Shown in pieces: positions 37,772-46,311 of a DNA stretch of 64,000 nt. The stretch is from assembly GCA_017450965.1 (NCBI GenBank), contig JAFSSQ010000047.1, positions 4,787 to 68,786 on the forward strand. Direction: 5' to 3'. A program made the translations under genes and the position numbers. The DNA is from Clostridia bacterium. Lineage in GTDB: Bacteria; Bacillota; Clostridia; Oscillospirales; CAG-272. The notes under the pieces were generated by a model. That model was not told the origin of the DNA, ran no database searches, and worked only from the letters and a program-made list of their open reading frames with translations. How positions within the stretch are numbered: position 1 is the stretch's first letter; every line of letters starts with the position of its first letter.

Positions 37772-37812
37772 GAAAAGACCGCCTCCGCTTTGAAAGCGGT
37801 GGCGGTCTTTTC
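37772..37812. terminator. bidirectional intrinsic terminator
   Basis: GAAAAGACCGCC...GGCGGTCTTTTC between convergent genes. Confidence 0.75.
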
Positions 37813-37890
37813 TATTCTTTATATGACAAAACGGCACGGCGGAGCGTTTGCTCCGCCGCGCTGATTTTTTTGAATTGTATGCGTACAAGA

Positions 37891-39354
37891 TCAATGAATC
37901 AGGTTTTCATTATCGCCTTGGACAAATCTGATGCCTACTTGTTTACCGGACGAACCCTGGAGAGCTATTGCGGACGCCTGATTTTCATCTTTGAAATACC
38001 AGATCTTGATGAAGGCTCCGTCTTCTCTTCTGGAGGCGCTGATAAATGCCGTAACCGAGCCTCTCGGTGCATTGATTTGATCCTCAAACAAAAAGTCTCG
38101 CATCAGGGTTACGTCAAACCCGTTTTCTTGTAAGAGCTCCCTGTCTTCTTTCCATAATTCTTTTGCTTTTGTCGACTCGTCACTTTTATCATCCGGTTTT
38201 GCTTCATTTGTGCTTCTGCCGGGCAGCCACTTTCCGTCCTTTTTGATCTGCTCGCCGTTTTTGGCAATGTTTCCTTTACCGTCAGACTCATATTTTGTGC
38301 CGTCAGACAGGGTGAAAGTAGTTGTTCCGTCAGGATTCTTTATCATCTTTGCGCCATCCGAATAGGTGATATCCGCCGAGGTAACGTTTCCGTTCTCGTC
38401 GTAGGTGACGTTCCAGGAGTTTTTGCCGTCTTGGTATTCCGTCAGGTTTCCGCCGGCATCGGTGATCATCCTGTTGCCGGCCGGATCGCTGTACTCCATT
38501 GCCTTTGAGTTATTATCCACCCAAAGCCTGGAGCCGTCGGCGCCGGTCCATTCGGTCACATTGTTGTTACTGTATATGGGTTCGCCGTTTGAATCATACG
38601 TTGTGTTTTTGTTGGAATCCCAGCGATTCCCGTTGCTGTCTGTGAAGGCGGCAGTGGTGTCCTCGGTCTTTTCGCCGCCGTTCCACGTGACCGTTTTCAC
38701 CGTCTCGCTGTGCGCGCCGTCCTTCCATTCTATGGTTGTTGTTTCCTTGTTTTCGCTTTCCGTATAATTGACTTTTGTCCCCTCGGCGTTGACAAACCGG
38801 ATCCCGTCGTCGGTGATCGTCAGTTTGGAGCCGCCGGGACCGGTGATCTCTCCCTTTTTAAAGCCGCCGTTTTCGTCCGTTTCGATCCGCTCGTCGCTCC
38901 CGGTGATGCCGATACCGGTCAGTCCGCCGTCCGCGTTATAATCCAGCGTGTAACCGATACCGAAACTTTCCGAAAAGCTGCCGTCCGTGTTCATCGTCGT
39001 GGTTTTCCCGTTCGGTTCCGTTACGGATTTCCGGCCGTCCCTATACTCGGTCGCGACGTAGCCGTCAGCCGTACGGACAGAGGCGTTTCCCTCCTTGTCC
39101 TCGGAATACCGATTTCCGTTGTAATCAACGGCGGATGTTGTGCCGTCTTTGTATTTTGTGCTGACGCTTCCGTTATCAAACACACGGGTAACCGAGCCGT
39201 CGTTGCCCTTGAATTCGGTGTAATCGCCTTCAAAAGCATCGTCAGGCGTGCTGATGTCGATTTCATCTGCCGCAAAAACAGAAACGGAAGAAGCGATGGT
39301 AAGAATGGAAAAGACCATTGCAAAGGCAAGGATAACAGCTATGTATTTCTTCAT
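37891..39354 (-). CDS. secreted beta-hairpin-repeat protein
   Basis: Sec signal peptide ending VFA-A; many D/N-G turns at ~9-aa spacing; distinct ~90-aa C-terminal domain. Confidence 0.8.
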   Translation of the reverse strand: MKKYIAVILAFAMVFSILTIASSVSVFAADEIDISTPDDAFEGDYTEFKGNDGSVTRVFDNGSVSTKYKDGTTSAVDYNGNRYSEDKEGNASVRTADGYVATEYRDGRKSVTEPNGKTTTMNTDGSFSESFGIGYTLDYNADGGLTGIGITGSDERIETDENGGFKKGEITGPGGSKLTITDDGIRFVNAEGTKVNYTESENKETTTIEWKDGAHSETVKTVTWNGGEKTEDTTAAFTDSNGNRWDSNKNTTYDSNGEPIYSNNNVTEWTGADGSRLWVDNNSKAMEYSDPAGNRMITDAGGNLTEYQDGKNSWNVTYDENGNVTSADITYSDGAKMIKNPDGTTTFTLSDGTKYESDGKGNIAKNGEQIKKDGKWLPGRSTNEAKPDDKSDESTKAKELWKEDRELLQENGFDVTLMRDFLFEDQINAPRGSVTAFISASRREDGAFIKIWYFKDENQASAIALQGSSGKQVGIRFVQGDNENLIH

Positions 39355-39986
39355 TTTACGCCGCCTCCTTTGATATGATCCATGATTTCTTCGACCTGTT
39401 CTATCTCATCCATTTTTTCAACAGCCGGGATCTCCTCGTGCGCTTTCTGTATCAGTTCCGCGCCGCCGCCTTTGGCGATCAACTCATAGACCGCCGCCGC
39501 CGCTTCGCTGTTGCCGGCTTTTTCAAGCTGCCGGGCATACGAAAGAAGTGATTGCATATGCTGTGCGTCATAAGATTTGTTACTACGGAACCATCCGCCG
39601 TCACGGAAGCCAAAGAAGCCGATTATGCCGATTACTGCGACAAGCAAGATTACAAGAAAAGCCTTGCCGCCCTTGCCATTTTTCTTTTTGGCAGGTGCGG
39701 CGGACTGCTGATAGACGTACGCCTGCTGCTGCGCGGGCTGCCGACCGGCGGACGCCTGCTGCTGCGCTCTCGCCGCGTTCCGCTGCGCGAACTGCTCCGG
39801 GATCCGCACCTGCGGCCGCGGAGTGTATGAGTACGGCTGCGGATCCGCCTGCCGCTGCGGCTGCGGATCGGGAGAGCTCTTCGGCTGCTGCGGCTGCGCC
39901 GCCTGCGGGACGGGCGAGCCGCAGGAAGGACAAAACTTTACCCCTTCATCGAGCGCCGAACCGCAGTTTTGACAAAATTTGGCCAT
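39351..39986 (-). CDS. zinc-ribbon domain membrane protein
   Basis: FCQNCG...FCPSCG, Q/P-rich linker, one TM, helical C-terminus. Confidence 0.85.
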   Translation of the reverse strand: MAKFCQNCGSALDEGVKFCPSCGSPVPQAAQPQQPKSSPDPQPQRQADPQPYSYTPRPQVRIPEQFAQRNAARAQQQASAGRQPAQQQAYVYQQSAAPAKKKNGKGGKAFLVILLVAVIGIIGFFGFRDGGWFRSNKSYDAQHMQSLLSYARQLEKAGNSEAAAAVYELIAKGGGAELIQKAHEEIPAVEKMDEIEQVEEIMDHIKGGGVK

Positions 39987-40000
39987 CGAAATACGCTCCT

Positions 40001-40618
40001 TTACTGTTTGGCGTTGGGACAGCGCGAAAGGATATACTGCTGCACGAACGCAAAATCTTCGTCCGCCGCGTAGATCTGGTTATGCTCCAGCGTTTCCTTT
40101 ACCTTGATCACGTGGCGGCGGGGATACGGGCTCACCTTTTTGACCTTTGCAAACTCCGTATACATCTCCGTCCGCTGCGCGGCGATACCCGCCGCGAAGG
40201 CGCCGTGGGTCCCCGAGGCGGCGCCGGCGGTCATCGCCGCGCGGCCGATCTTTTTGGCTTTTTCGGCCTGTGAGGCGATCTGCCTGTGCACAAAGCCGGT
40301 TTCGTCCATCTCAAACTCAACGATATATTTACCGCCCATGATCGCGGCGTATATGAGGTATCCCAAACCTACAACAGCAGTCATTCCCAAAAGGAAATAT
40401 CCCAAAAACGGCAGGTTCTCCGCCGCCTTGTCCGCGCCCCATTTGGCCGCGTCGGAGATCAGCACGACGGCGGACACGCCGAGAAACAGGAAGAAAAAGA
40501 TCTTCCAGACCAGAACAAAGAATCTGAGGTCTTTGAACAGGTTGATCTCATAGACCCAGCGGTATTTGCCGTCGTCGCAGAGCGTCACCTTGCTGTGATA
40601 CGTTCTTTCGTCATTCAT
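40001..40618 (-). CDS. hypothetical 2-TM membrane protein
   Basis: DGKYRWVYE, two TM helices, GGKYIVEFEMDE, HNQIYA. Confidence 0.75.
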   Translation of the reverse strand: MNDERTYHSKVTLCDDGKYRWVYEINLFKDLRFFVLVWKIFFFLFLGVSAVVLISDAAKWGADKAAENLPFLGYFLLGMTAVVGLGYLIYAAIMGGKYIVEFEMDETGFVHRQIASQAEKAKKIGRAAMTAGAASGTHGAFAAGIAAQRTEMYTEFAKVKKVSPYPRRHVIKVKETLEHNQIYAADEDFAFVQQYILSRCPNAKQ

Positions 40619-40634
40619 AAGAAGCCGTCCCCCG

Positions 40635-41375
40635 TTATTTCAGCAAAGGCAAGCCGCATTTTTGGCAGCGGTCGGCGTCCGTCGGGTTCTTAGACACGCA
40701 GCTGACGCAGACGAGATACGGCGCCTTTGCTTTATCGTACAATTCATACGGGAAATGGAACTGCGGATGATAGCGGAAGCGGTCGCCTATCTGCAGATAA
40801 TCCCACGCCCAGATCTGGGACCCTTCCCGCTCGACGATTTTCTTGTTCTTGCCGTCCGCCGTTCTGACCACGGTGATATACTCCGTATAATAGCTGTCGT
40901 TGTCGGCGTTTTTATGGCGATAGGCACGACGGGTTTTTTTATCGATTACCGTTGCCTCGTAGGCGTTTTTCGCGCGCTCTTTGATCCGGCCGTAAAGAGC
41001 AAAAACAAGAAAAACCGCAGAAACGATCCCGCCGTATTTCAACGCTGCGGAAAGTTCCATTTCACCGCTGAATATACTGTAAGCGGCAAAGCCGATCAGC
41101 GGCAAAGGAATAAGGAAAAGGGAATACAGCCCCGCAGACTTTCGGTTTTTCCTGACGACCGCAAGAATTTCGGGGTCGTTAACCCGATCGGAAAAACCGG
41201 GGGCAGGGACGCCTTGACGCGCGGCGCCGTTCCCGGCGTAAGCCGGAGCGGCATGCGGCTGAGCGGGCGGCGCGGTTTGCGGCGCCGCGTTCTGCTGTAT
41301 CGGCTCACCGCACTCGGGGCAGAACTTTGCCCCCTCGCCGAGCGCCGATCCGCAGTTTGGACAAAAATGTGCCAT
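40635..41375 (-). CDS. double zinc-ribbon membrane protein
   Basis: True start MAHFCPNCG (AAGGAG RBS); N-terminal CxxC..CxxC, two TMs, C-terminal CVSC...CQKCG. Confidence 0.85.
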   Translation of the reverse strand: MAHFCPNCGSALGEGAKFCPECGEPIQQNAAPQTAPPAQPHAAPAYAGNGAARQGVPAPGFSDRVNDPEILAVVRKNRKSAGLYSLFLIPLPLIGFAAYSIFSGEMELSAALKYGGIVSAVFLVFALYGRIKERAKNAYEATVIDKKTRRAYRHKNADNDSYYTEYITVVRTADGKNKKIVEREGSQIWAWDYLQIGDRFRYHPQFHFPYELYDKAKAPYLVCVSCVSKNPTDADRCQKCGLPLLK

Positions 41376-41451
41376 AACGATATTCTCCTTTGTTCCGTTA
41401 TCAGATAACGGTTTTTTGCCGGGATCGGGATAAAAACCGTGCAGTGAAAAC

Positions 41452-41480
41452 ATTATATCATGTTTGAATGAAAAAATCAA
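41452..41480 (-). promoter_or_regulatory. sigma-A promoter for the islet operon
   Basis: TTGATT-N17-TATAAT with TGn extension. Confidence 0.7.
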
Positions 41481-41502
41481 TAATAACGTCGCAGAGCGCC
41501 TT

Positions 41503-41655
41503 GTGATGTATCTCCGCTTCGCTCCGAAATGATGCAGATTGCTGCGCGATCCATGATGCGATGTTTGCCCCTCATGTCCCGCAGGACACATCATGGCCGA
41601 AGGCAGCATCATGTGCGAAGCACACATCATTTGCCCCGCAAGGGGCAAACATCAT
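41503..41655. repeat. TGATG/CATCAT-linked multi-hairpin array
   Basis: TGATG at 41504, 41530, 41554; CATCAT at 41589, 41607, 41625, 41650 alternating with short hairpins. Confidence 0.8.
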
Positions 41656-41656
41656 T

Positions 41657-41688
41657 GAAAAAAGCACTGCTGTTGCAGTGCTTTTTTC
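41657..41688 (-). terminator. intrinsic terminator after the duplicated tRNA 3' end
   Basis: GAAAAAAGCACTGC-TGTT-GCAGTGCTTTTTTC, perfect 14-bp stem. Confidence 0.8.
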
Positions 41689-41707
41689 TTGGTCGGAGTG
41701 ACAAGAT
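41689..41707 (-). repeat. 19-bp duplicate of the tRNA-Pro 3' end (att-like)
   Basis: TTGGTCGGAGTGACAAGAT identical at 41689-41707 and 41924-41942. Confidence 0.9.
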
Positions 41708-41923
41708 CACCCTCTCGAAACGCTCCCCCGGAGCGACGGACGAACCGCCGGCTGCCGACACGGGGTCTGCCCTGTCGCTCCCCTCGATTTTCTTCTACCT
41801 TTCACCTCTTCACTCTTCACTTTTACTTCTTACCTCCCAAAAGTCCTGCGCAAGTGAAGAAGAAACGAAGAGTGAATAGTGAATAGTGAATAAGGAAAAA
41901 TCCCGCGCTGGCGCGCAGGATTT
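41708..41923. mobile_element. putative non-autonomous mini-element integrated at tRNA-Pro
   Basis: Flanked by the 19-bp direct repeat; contains inverted heptamer arrays and a terminator; no gene. Confidence 0.5.
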
Positions 41924-41924
41924 T

Positions 41925-42001
41925 TGGTCGGAGTGACAAGATTTGAACTTGCGACCTCTTGGTCCCGAACCAAGCGCTCTACCAATCTGAGCCACACCCC
42001 G
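41925..42001 (-). tRNA. tRNA-Pro(CGG)
   Basis: CGGGGTG TG GCTC..GAGC G CTTGG TTCGGGA CCAAG AGGTC GCAAG TTCAAAT CTTGT CACTCCG A CCA; full 77-nt cloverleaf. Confidence 0.98.
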
Positions 42002-42013
42002 ATAGCGGGATTT

Positions 42014-42042
42014 ATTATAGCAAAACCGGGCGCGGATGTCAA
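42014..42042 (-). promoter_or_regulatory. sigma-A promoter for tRNA-Pro
   Basis: TTGACA-N17-TATAAT with TGn extension. Confidence 0.9.
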
Positions 42043-42149
42043 GCGCTTTTTCAAAAAGGATCAAAAACTCTGTAAAAACGCGGAAGACGGGCAGAAAAAG
42101 ACGGGACGGGGAGGGGACGCGCCGGTATTCCCGGCGCGTCCGCCGTTTG

Positions 42150-43400
42150 TTACGTGTGTTCTTCCGGGCGTTTTTTTGCGTAGAGCTTGGGGTAGATCCG
42201 CCGGTCGCGCCGGAGGAGGATCAGCCCGAGAAAAAGCGACGCCGCAAGCAGGGAGAATACGGCGATCCACGCCGCCACGTTGCCGCACTCGTCGTACAGC
42301 GTCCCGAGGGAAAGGCGCGCCGCCCCCTCGAAGATCTGCGTCAGGACCGTGCCGAAACCGACGATCCGGCCGCGGTGCGTGGCGGGGACGCGGGCGGTGA
42401 GATAGGGGCCGTCCGCGATCGTGGTGAAGATCTCGCCCCAGGTAAAGAGCGTCATCGAGAGATAATAGAGGGGAATGATCCCGAGCCCGAGCAAAAAGAG
42501 AAGATAACCGAGAAGGAGCTGCAGGATCCCCGCGACCGTCTTCTGCGGCCCGGAGAGGCGGGCGGTCAGGCGGGTGATGAGCGGCGTGAAAAGGACCACG
42601 ACGATGCAGTTGATGCTGGAGATACTGCCGTAAAGGAGGGCGCCGTTTTCCCCGTGGATCCGCCCGAGATCCAGCGGCATCAGAAAACCGAACTGGGAAT
42701 AGGCGGCAAAGTAAAACGCCATCACGAAAAGGTAAAGCAGGACGGTCTTGTTCCGCTTCAGCACGGCAAACAGGCCGAGCCCGCGCTCCTCCTTCTGGTA
42801 TTCCGCTTCCTCGCCCGTTTCCTCGCGCGGCGCAACGTCGCGCACGAAAAAGAAGATCAGCGCGGTGGAGATCCCGATCGAAACGCCGCTGATGAGAAAG
42901 GCGAGCCAGAGATAGTTCTGGAACAGAAAGCCCGCGATCGTCGGGGAAAGGATCATCCCGAGATTGGCGCCGAGATAACCGAGCGAGTAGGCGCGGTCGC
43001 GGTCGGCCGTCGGATTGAGATCGGCGATGAGCGCGGAATAGGCCGGTCCCTCCAACCCCTGAAAAAGTCCTCCCACGGCCAGAACGGCGACCGTGAAGAC
43101 CCCCATCGGCAGGCAGGCGCACAAAAGGAACAGCGCCACGGAAAACGCGTCGCAGATCACGATGATCTTCTTTTTTTCGCAGCGGTCGGCGAGCTTGCCG
43201 CCGACGACGGTGGCGGGGAGGTAAAGCGCGCCCGTTACCACCGAAAAGAGCGCCGCGCCGCTCGCGCTCATCCCGAGCTTCCGGGTCAGAATCATCGTCA
43301 GCATCGGCCAGACCATCGCGCCGAGACTGGTCACGACCCGGCCGAAAAAGAGGACGTAGTTTTCCCGCCGCAGGCCCCGGTACTGTGAAAACAGCTTCAA
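42150..43400 (-). CDS. MFS transporter
   Basis: Motif A GGKLADRCEKK, about 12 TM, ALIAD...R.RAYSL; TTG start with AAGGAG RBS. Confidence 0.92.
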   Translation of the reverse strand: MKLFSQYRGLRRENYVLFFGRVVTSLGAMVWPMLTMILTRKLGMSASGAALFSVVTGALYLPATVVGGKLADRCEKKKIIVICDAFSVALFLLCACLPMGVFTVAVLAVGGLFQGLEGPAYSALIADLNPTADRDRAYSLGYLGANLGMILSPTIAGFLFQNYLWLAFLISGVSIGISTALIFFFVRDVAPREETGEEAEYQKEERGLGLFAVLKRNKTVLLYLFVMAFYFAAYSQFGFLMPLDLGRIHGENGALLYGSISSINCIVVVLFTPLITRLTARLSGPQKTVAGILQLLLGYLLFLLGLGIIPLYYLSMTLFTWGEIFTTIADGPYLTARVPATHRGRIVGFGTVLTQIFEGAARLSLGTLYDECGNVAAWIAVFSLLAASLFLGLILLRRDRRIYPKLYAKKRPEEHT

Positions 43401-43413
43401 AACGCTTCTCCTT

Positions 43414-43890
43414 TCACTCCCGGACCAGATCGGCAAGCGCCGCGCCCGACGCGCGGATCAGCTCGGCGGGGGTCAGGCGGATCTGGCAGCCTACTCTGCC
43501 GCCGGAGCAGCAGATCCGCTCCTTTTCTGCCGCGATCCCGTCAAGGAAGGCGGGAAACGGCTTTTTCATCCCGATCGGAGAGCAGCCGCCGTGGATATAC
43601 CCCGTAAGGGGGAGGAGATCCTTTTGCGGGATCATCTCCACCGCCTTTTCTCCCGCGGCGCGCGCCGCCTTTTTGAGATCCAGCTCCCCGTCGCTGCGGA
43701 TCATAAAAACGTAATGCCCGCCCGAACGCCCGACGGTAACGAGCGTTTTGAAGAGCTCGTCCGGGGGAAAGCCGAGAGTCGCGGCGATCTCGGCGGCGTT
43801 TCCGGCGTTTTCATACAAAAACCGTTCATAGCGCACCCCGAGCGAGTCGAGGATACGCATCGCGTTCGTCTTTTCTTCTTTTTTTCCCAT
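43414..43890 (-). CDS. ybaK: Cys-tRNA(Pro) deacylase
   Basis: KTNAMRIL, FKTLV, LDLKK, TGYIHGGCSPIGMKK. Confidence 0.93.
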   Translation of the reverse strand: MGKKEEKTNAMRILDSLGVRYERFLYENAGNAAEIAATLGFPPDELFKTLVTVGRSGGHYVFMIRSDGELDLKKAARAAGEKAVEMIPQKDLLPLTGYIHGGCSPIGMKKPFPAFLDGIAAEKERICCSGGRVGCQIRLTPAELIRASGAALADLVRE

Positions 43891-43940
43891 GTCATGCTCC
43901 AAAGAGAAAGCGGCACGGAAACCGTGCCGCCATCTGAAAA

Positions 43941-44633
43941 TCAAACAAGCTTTGCGTAGTTGATCTTCACGCCGGGCCCCATCGTGGACGCGACAACGCA
44001 GGACTTGATGTACTGTCCCTTGAGGGAAGCGGGTCTTGCCTTGATGATCGCGTTGATCAGGGTGGTGAAGTTCTCCGCCAGTTTCTCCGGTCCGAAGGAC
44101 GCCTTGCCGATCGGGCAGTGGATGATGTTGGTCTTGTCGAGACGGTACTCGATCTTACCGGCCTTCGCCTCTTTGACGGCGCGGGCCACATCCATCGTCA
44201 CGGTGCCGGCCTTCGGGTTCGGCATCAGGCCTTTCGGGCCGAGGACCTTACCGAGACGGCCGATCACGCCCATCATATCGGGCGTGGCGATGACCACGTC
44301 GAACTCAAACCAGTTTTCGCCGGTGATCTTGGCGACGAGATCCTCCGCTCCGACGTAGTCGGCGCCCGCCTCCTCGGCGGCCTTGGCGTGCTCGCCCTTG
44401 GCAAACACGAGGGTACGGACGGTCTTGCCGGTGCCGTGCGGAAGGACGATCGCGCCTCTGACCTGCTGGTCGGCGTGGCGGCTGTCAACGCCGAGGCGGA
44501 CGTGCAGTTCGACCGTTTCGTCAAACTTCGCCGTGGCGGTCTTGCAGACGAGCTCAACGGCTTCGTTTGCGTCGTAGAGCTTGGATTTTTCGATCAGGGC
44601 GAGATTCGCCGCGTATTTTTTTCCTGTTTTCAT
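43941..44633 (-). CDS. rplA: 50S ribosomal protein L1
   Basis: [41 protein letters not shown]. Confidence 0.99.
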   Translation of the reverse strand: MKTGKKYAANLALIEKSKLYDANEAVELVCKTATAKFDETVELHVRLGVDSRHADQQVRGAIVLPHGTGKTVRTLVFAKGEHAKAAEEAGADYVGAEDLVAKITGENWFEFDVVIATPDMMGVIGRLGKVLGPKGLMPNPKAGTVTMDVARAVKEAKAGKIEYRLDKTNIIHCPIGKASFGPEKLAENFTTLINAIIKARPASLKGQYIKSCVVASTMGPGVKINYAKLV

Positions 44634-44648
44634 CGTTCGGTCCCTCCC

Positions 44649-45074
44649 TTAGTCCTCGACGGTAACGCCCATGCTGCGGGCCGTACCGGCGATCATGCTC
44701 ATAGCGGCTTCCACGGAAGCGGCGTTCAGGTCGGGAGCCTTCATCTCCGCGATCTTGCGGACCTGCTCCTTGGTGATCTTGGCAACTTTCGTCTTGTTCG
44801 GCTCGCCGGACGCCTTTTCAAGGCCGGCCGCCTTCAAAATCAGGACGGACGCCGGAGGGGTCTTGGTGATGAAGGAGAAGGAACGGTCCGCGTAAACGGT
44901 GATGACGACCGGAATGATCAGGCCGACGTCGTTTTTCGTTCTCTCGTTGAACTCCTTACAAAAGATCGGCGCGGGAACGCCGTGCGGGCCGAGAGCCGGT
45001 CCGACAGGCGGCTGCGGGGTCGCCTGACCGGCGGGAAGCTGAAGCTTGATATAAGCCGTAACTTTCTTTGCCAT
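44649..45074 (-). CDS. rplK: 50S ribosomal protein L11
   Basis: [27 protein letters not shown]. Confidence 0.99.
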   Translation of the reverse strand: MAKKVTAYIKLQLPAGQATPQPPVGPALGPHGVPAPIFCKEFNERTKNDVGLIIPVVITVYADRSFSFITKTPPASVLILKAAGLEKASGEPNKTKVAKITKEQVRKIAEMKAPDLNAASVEAAMSMIAGTARSMGVTVED

Positions 45075-45090
45075 AATGAAAATACCTCCT

Positions 45091-45121
45091 GTGGTTTTTC
45101 GGAAGGGTCGCTTCCTCCCAC
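45091..45121 (-). promoter_or_regulatory. L1-binding autoregulatory hairpin of rplK-rplA
   Basis: Minus strand GTGGGAGGAAG...CTTCCGAAAAACCAC abutting the RBS; matches the GGGAG/AA internal-loop L1 site. Confidence 0.7.
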
Positions 45122-45152
45122 ATTTTTGCGCTTTTGCGCTGAAATTTTTAGA

Positions 45153-45698
45153 TCAGTTGTCTTTGTCCGCTTTGACTTCGGACGTGCTGAGCATGATCGG
45201 CATCTCGCGGCGGCCGGCGGAAACGAGAACGGTGAGCTCCTTCTGATCCTCGGAGATCGCCTGGACCGTTCCTTTGTATCCGGCAAATACGCCGCCCGCG
45301 ATGACGACGGTATCGCCCACCTTGTAGGAAAGGCGGACGGACGGCTCCTCCACGTGGAGGGCCTCCACCTCCTCGTCCTTCAGCGGGACGGGGTGGGATC
45401 CGGGACCGACGAACCCGGTCACGCCGCGGATGTTGCGCACGACGTGCCAGCTTTCGTCCGTCATGATCATCTTGACGAGCACGTAGGAGGGAAAGATCTT
45501 GGTCTCCACTTCCTTTTCCACATCGCCGTCCTTTTCGATGATCTTTTCGACCGGAATGACACATTCAAAGATCAGATGCCCGAGACCGCGGTTTTCCACG
45601 ATCTTTTCCAGGTTGGTCTTGACCTTGTTCTCGTAGCCGGAATAGGTGTGCGCCACGTACCATCTCGGCCCGAGATTGCTTTCATTAAAATCGCTCAT
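45153..45698 (-). CDS. nusG: transcription factor NusG
   Basis: WYVAHTYSGYENKV, FPSYVLV, VTGFVG, KOW motif. Confidence 0.97.
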   Translation of the reverse strand: MSDFNESNLGPRWYVAHTYSGYENKVKTNLEKIVENRGLGHLIFECVIPVEKIIEKDGDVEKEVETKIFPSYVLVKMIMTDESWHVVRNIRGVTGFVGPGSHPVPLKDEEVEALHVEEPSVRLSYKVGDTVVIAGGVFAGYKGTVQAISEDQKELTVLVSAGRREMPIMLSTSEVKADKDN

Positions 45699-45710
45699 TC
45701 TGCTTCCCCG

Positions 45711-45965
45711 TCAATAAAGCTTTCCGAGGAGCGAGATCCCGCCGGAGAAAATCAGATCGAGGAGGAAGATAAAGACGCCGATCAGAATGATGGAAACAAG
45801 CACGAGGATCGTGTTGTTCTTCACGTCTTTTTTCGGGCTCCAGGTGATCTTTTTCAGCTCGCTGGCGTAATCGCGGAAAAACTTTTTGATCCTGGCTCCG
45901 AGGGACGGTTTGTCTTTTTTCGGTTTATCCGCTGCCTTTTTGACGGTTTCTTTTTTCTCTGCCAT
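45711..45965 (-). CDS. secE: preprotein translocase SecE
   Basis: SELKKITWS plus one TM; upstream of nusG. Confidence 0.95.
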   Translation of the reverse strand: MAEKKETVKKAADKPKKDKPSLGARIKKFFRDYASELKKITWSPKKDVKNNTILVLVSIILIGVFIFLLDLIFSGGISLLGKLY

Positions 45966-46053
45966 GGTTTCTCCTTATCTGCGGCGAAGAATGATTGCAC
46001 GCCGTGCGTCCCAAAGCCCTCCGTCGCCGCCGGCGGGCAGGACAAAAAACGCG

Positions 46054-46203
46054 TTACTTTGTTTCCTTGTGCAGCGTGTGTTTGCGGCAGAAACGGCAGT
46101 ATTTGTTGAGTTCAAGCCTGTCGGGGTCGTTCTTTTTGTTCTTCTTCGTATCGTAGTTTCTCTGCTTGCACTCCGTACACGCCAGGGTGACTTTGACTCG
46201 CAT
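46054..46203 (-). CDS. rpmG: 50S ribosomal protein L33 (Zn-binding form)
   Basis: Below ORF-track cutoff; [49 protein letters not shown]. Confidence 0.98.
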   Translation of the reverse strand: MRVKVTLACTECKQRNYDTKKNKKNDPDRLELNKYCRFCRKHTLHKETK

Positions 46204-46311
46204 ATCGGCACCTCCTGTGTTCGTTTGAATTTGCGGCGAAAGCCGCTTGTACCTCCCTCTCGCGGGGTAACTTTCAGGCGCGAAAAAAAAGCCCCTCGCA
46301 GAGGTAAAGCC

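Noticed and set aside
37885-37893. ACAAGATCA matching 41701-41709 as a possible far att end of the islet
   Set aside because: Only 9 bp and lacks the acceptor-stem part; cannot be distinguished from chance
41376-41648. 91-aa N-terminal extension of the zinc-ribbon ORF
   Set aside because: Runs through the hairpin array and promoter; the RBS supports ATG 41375
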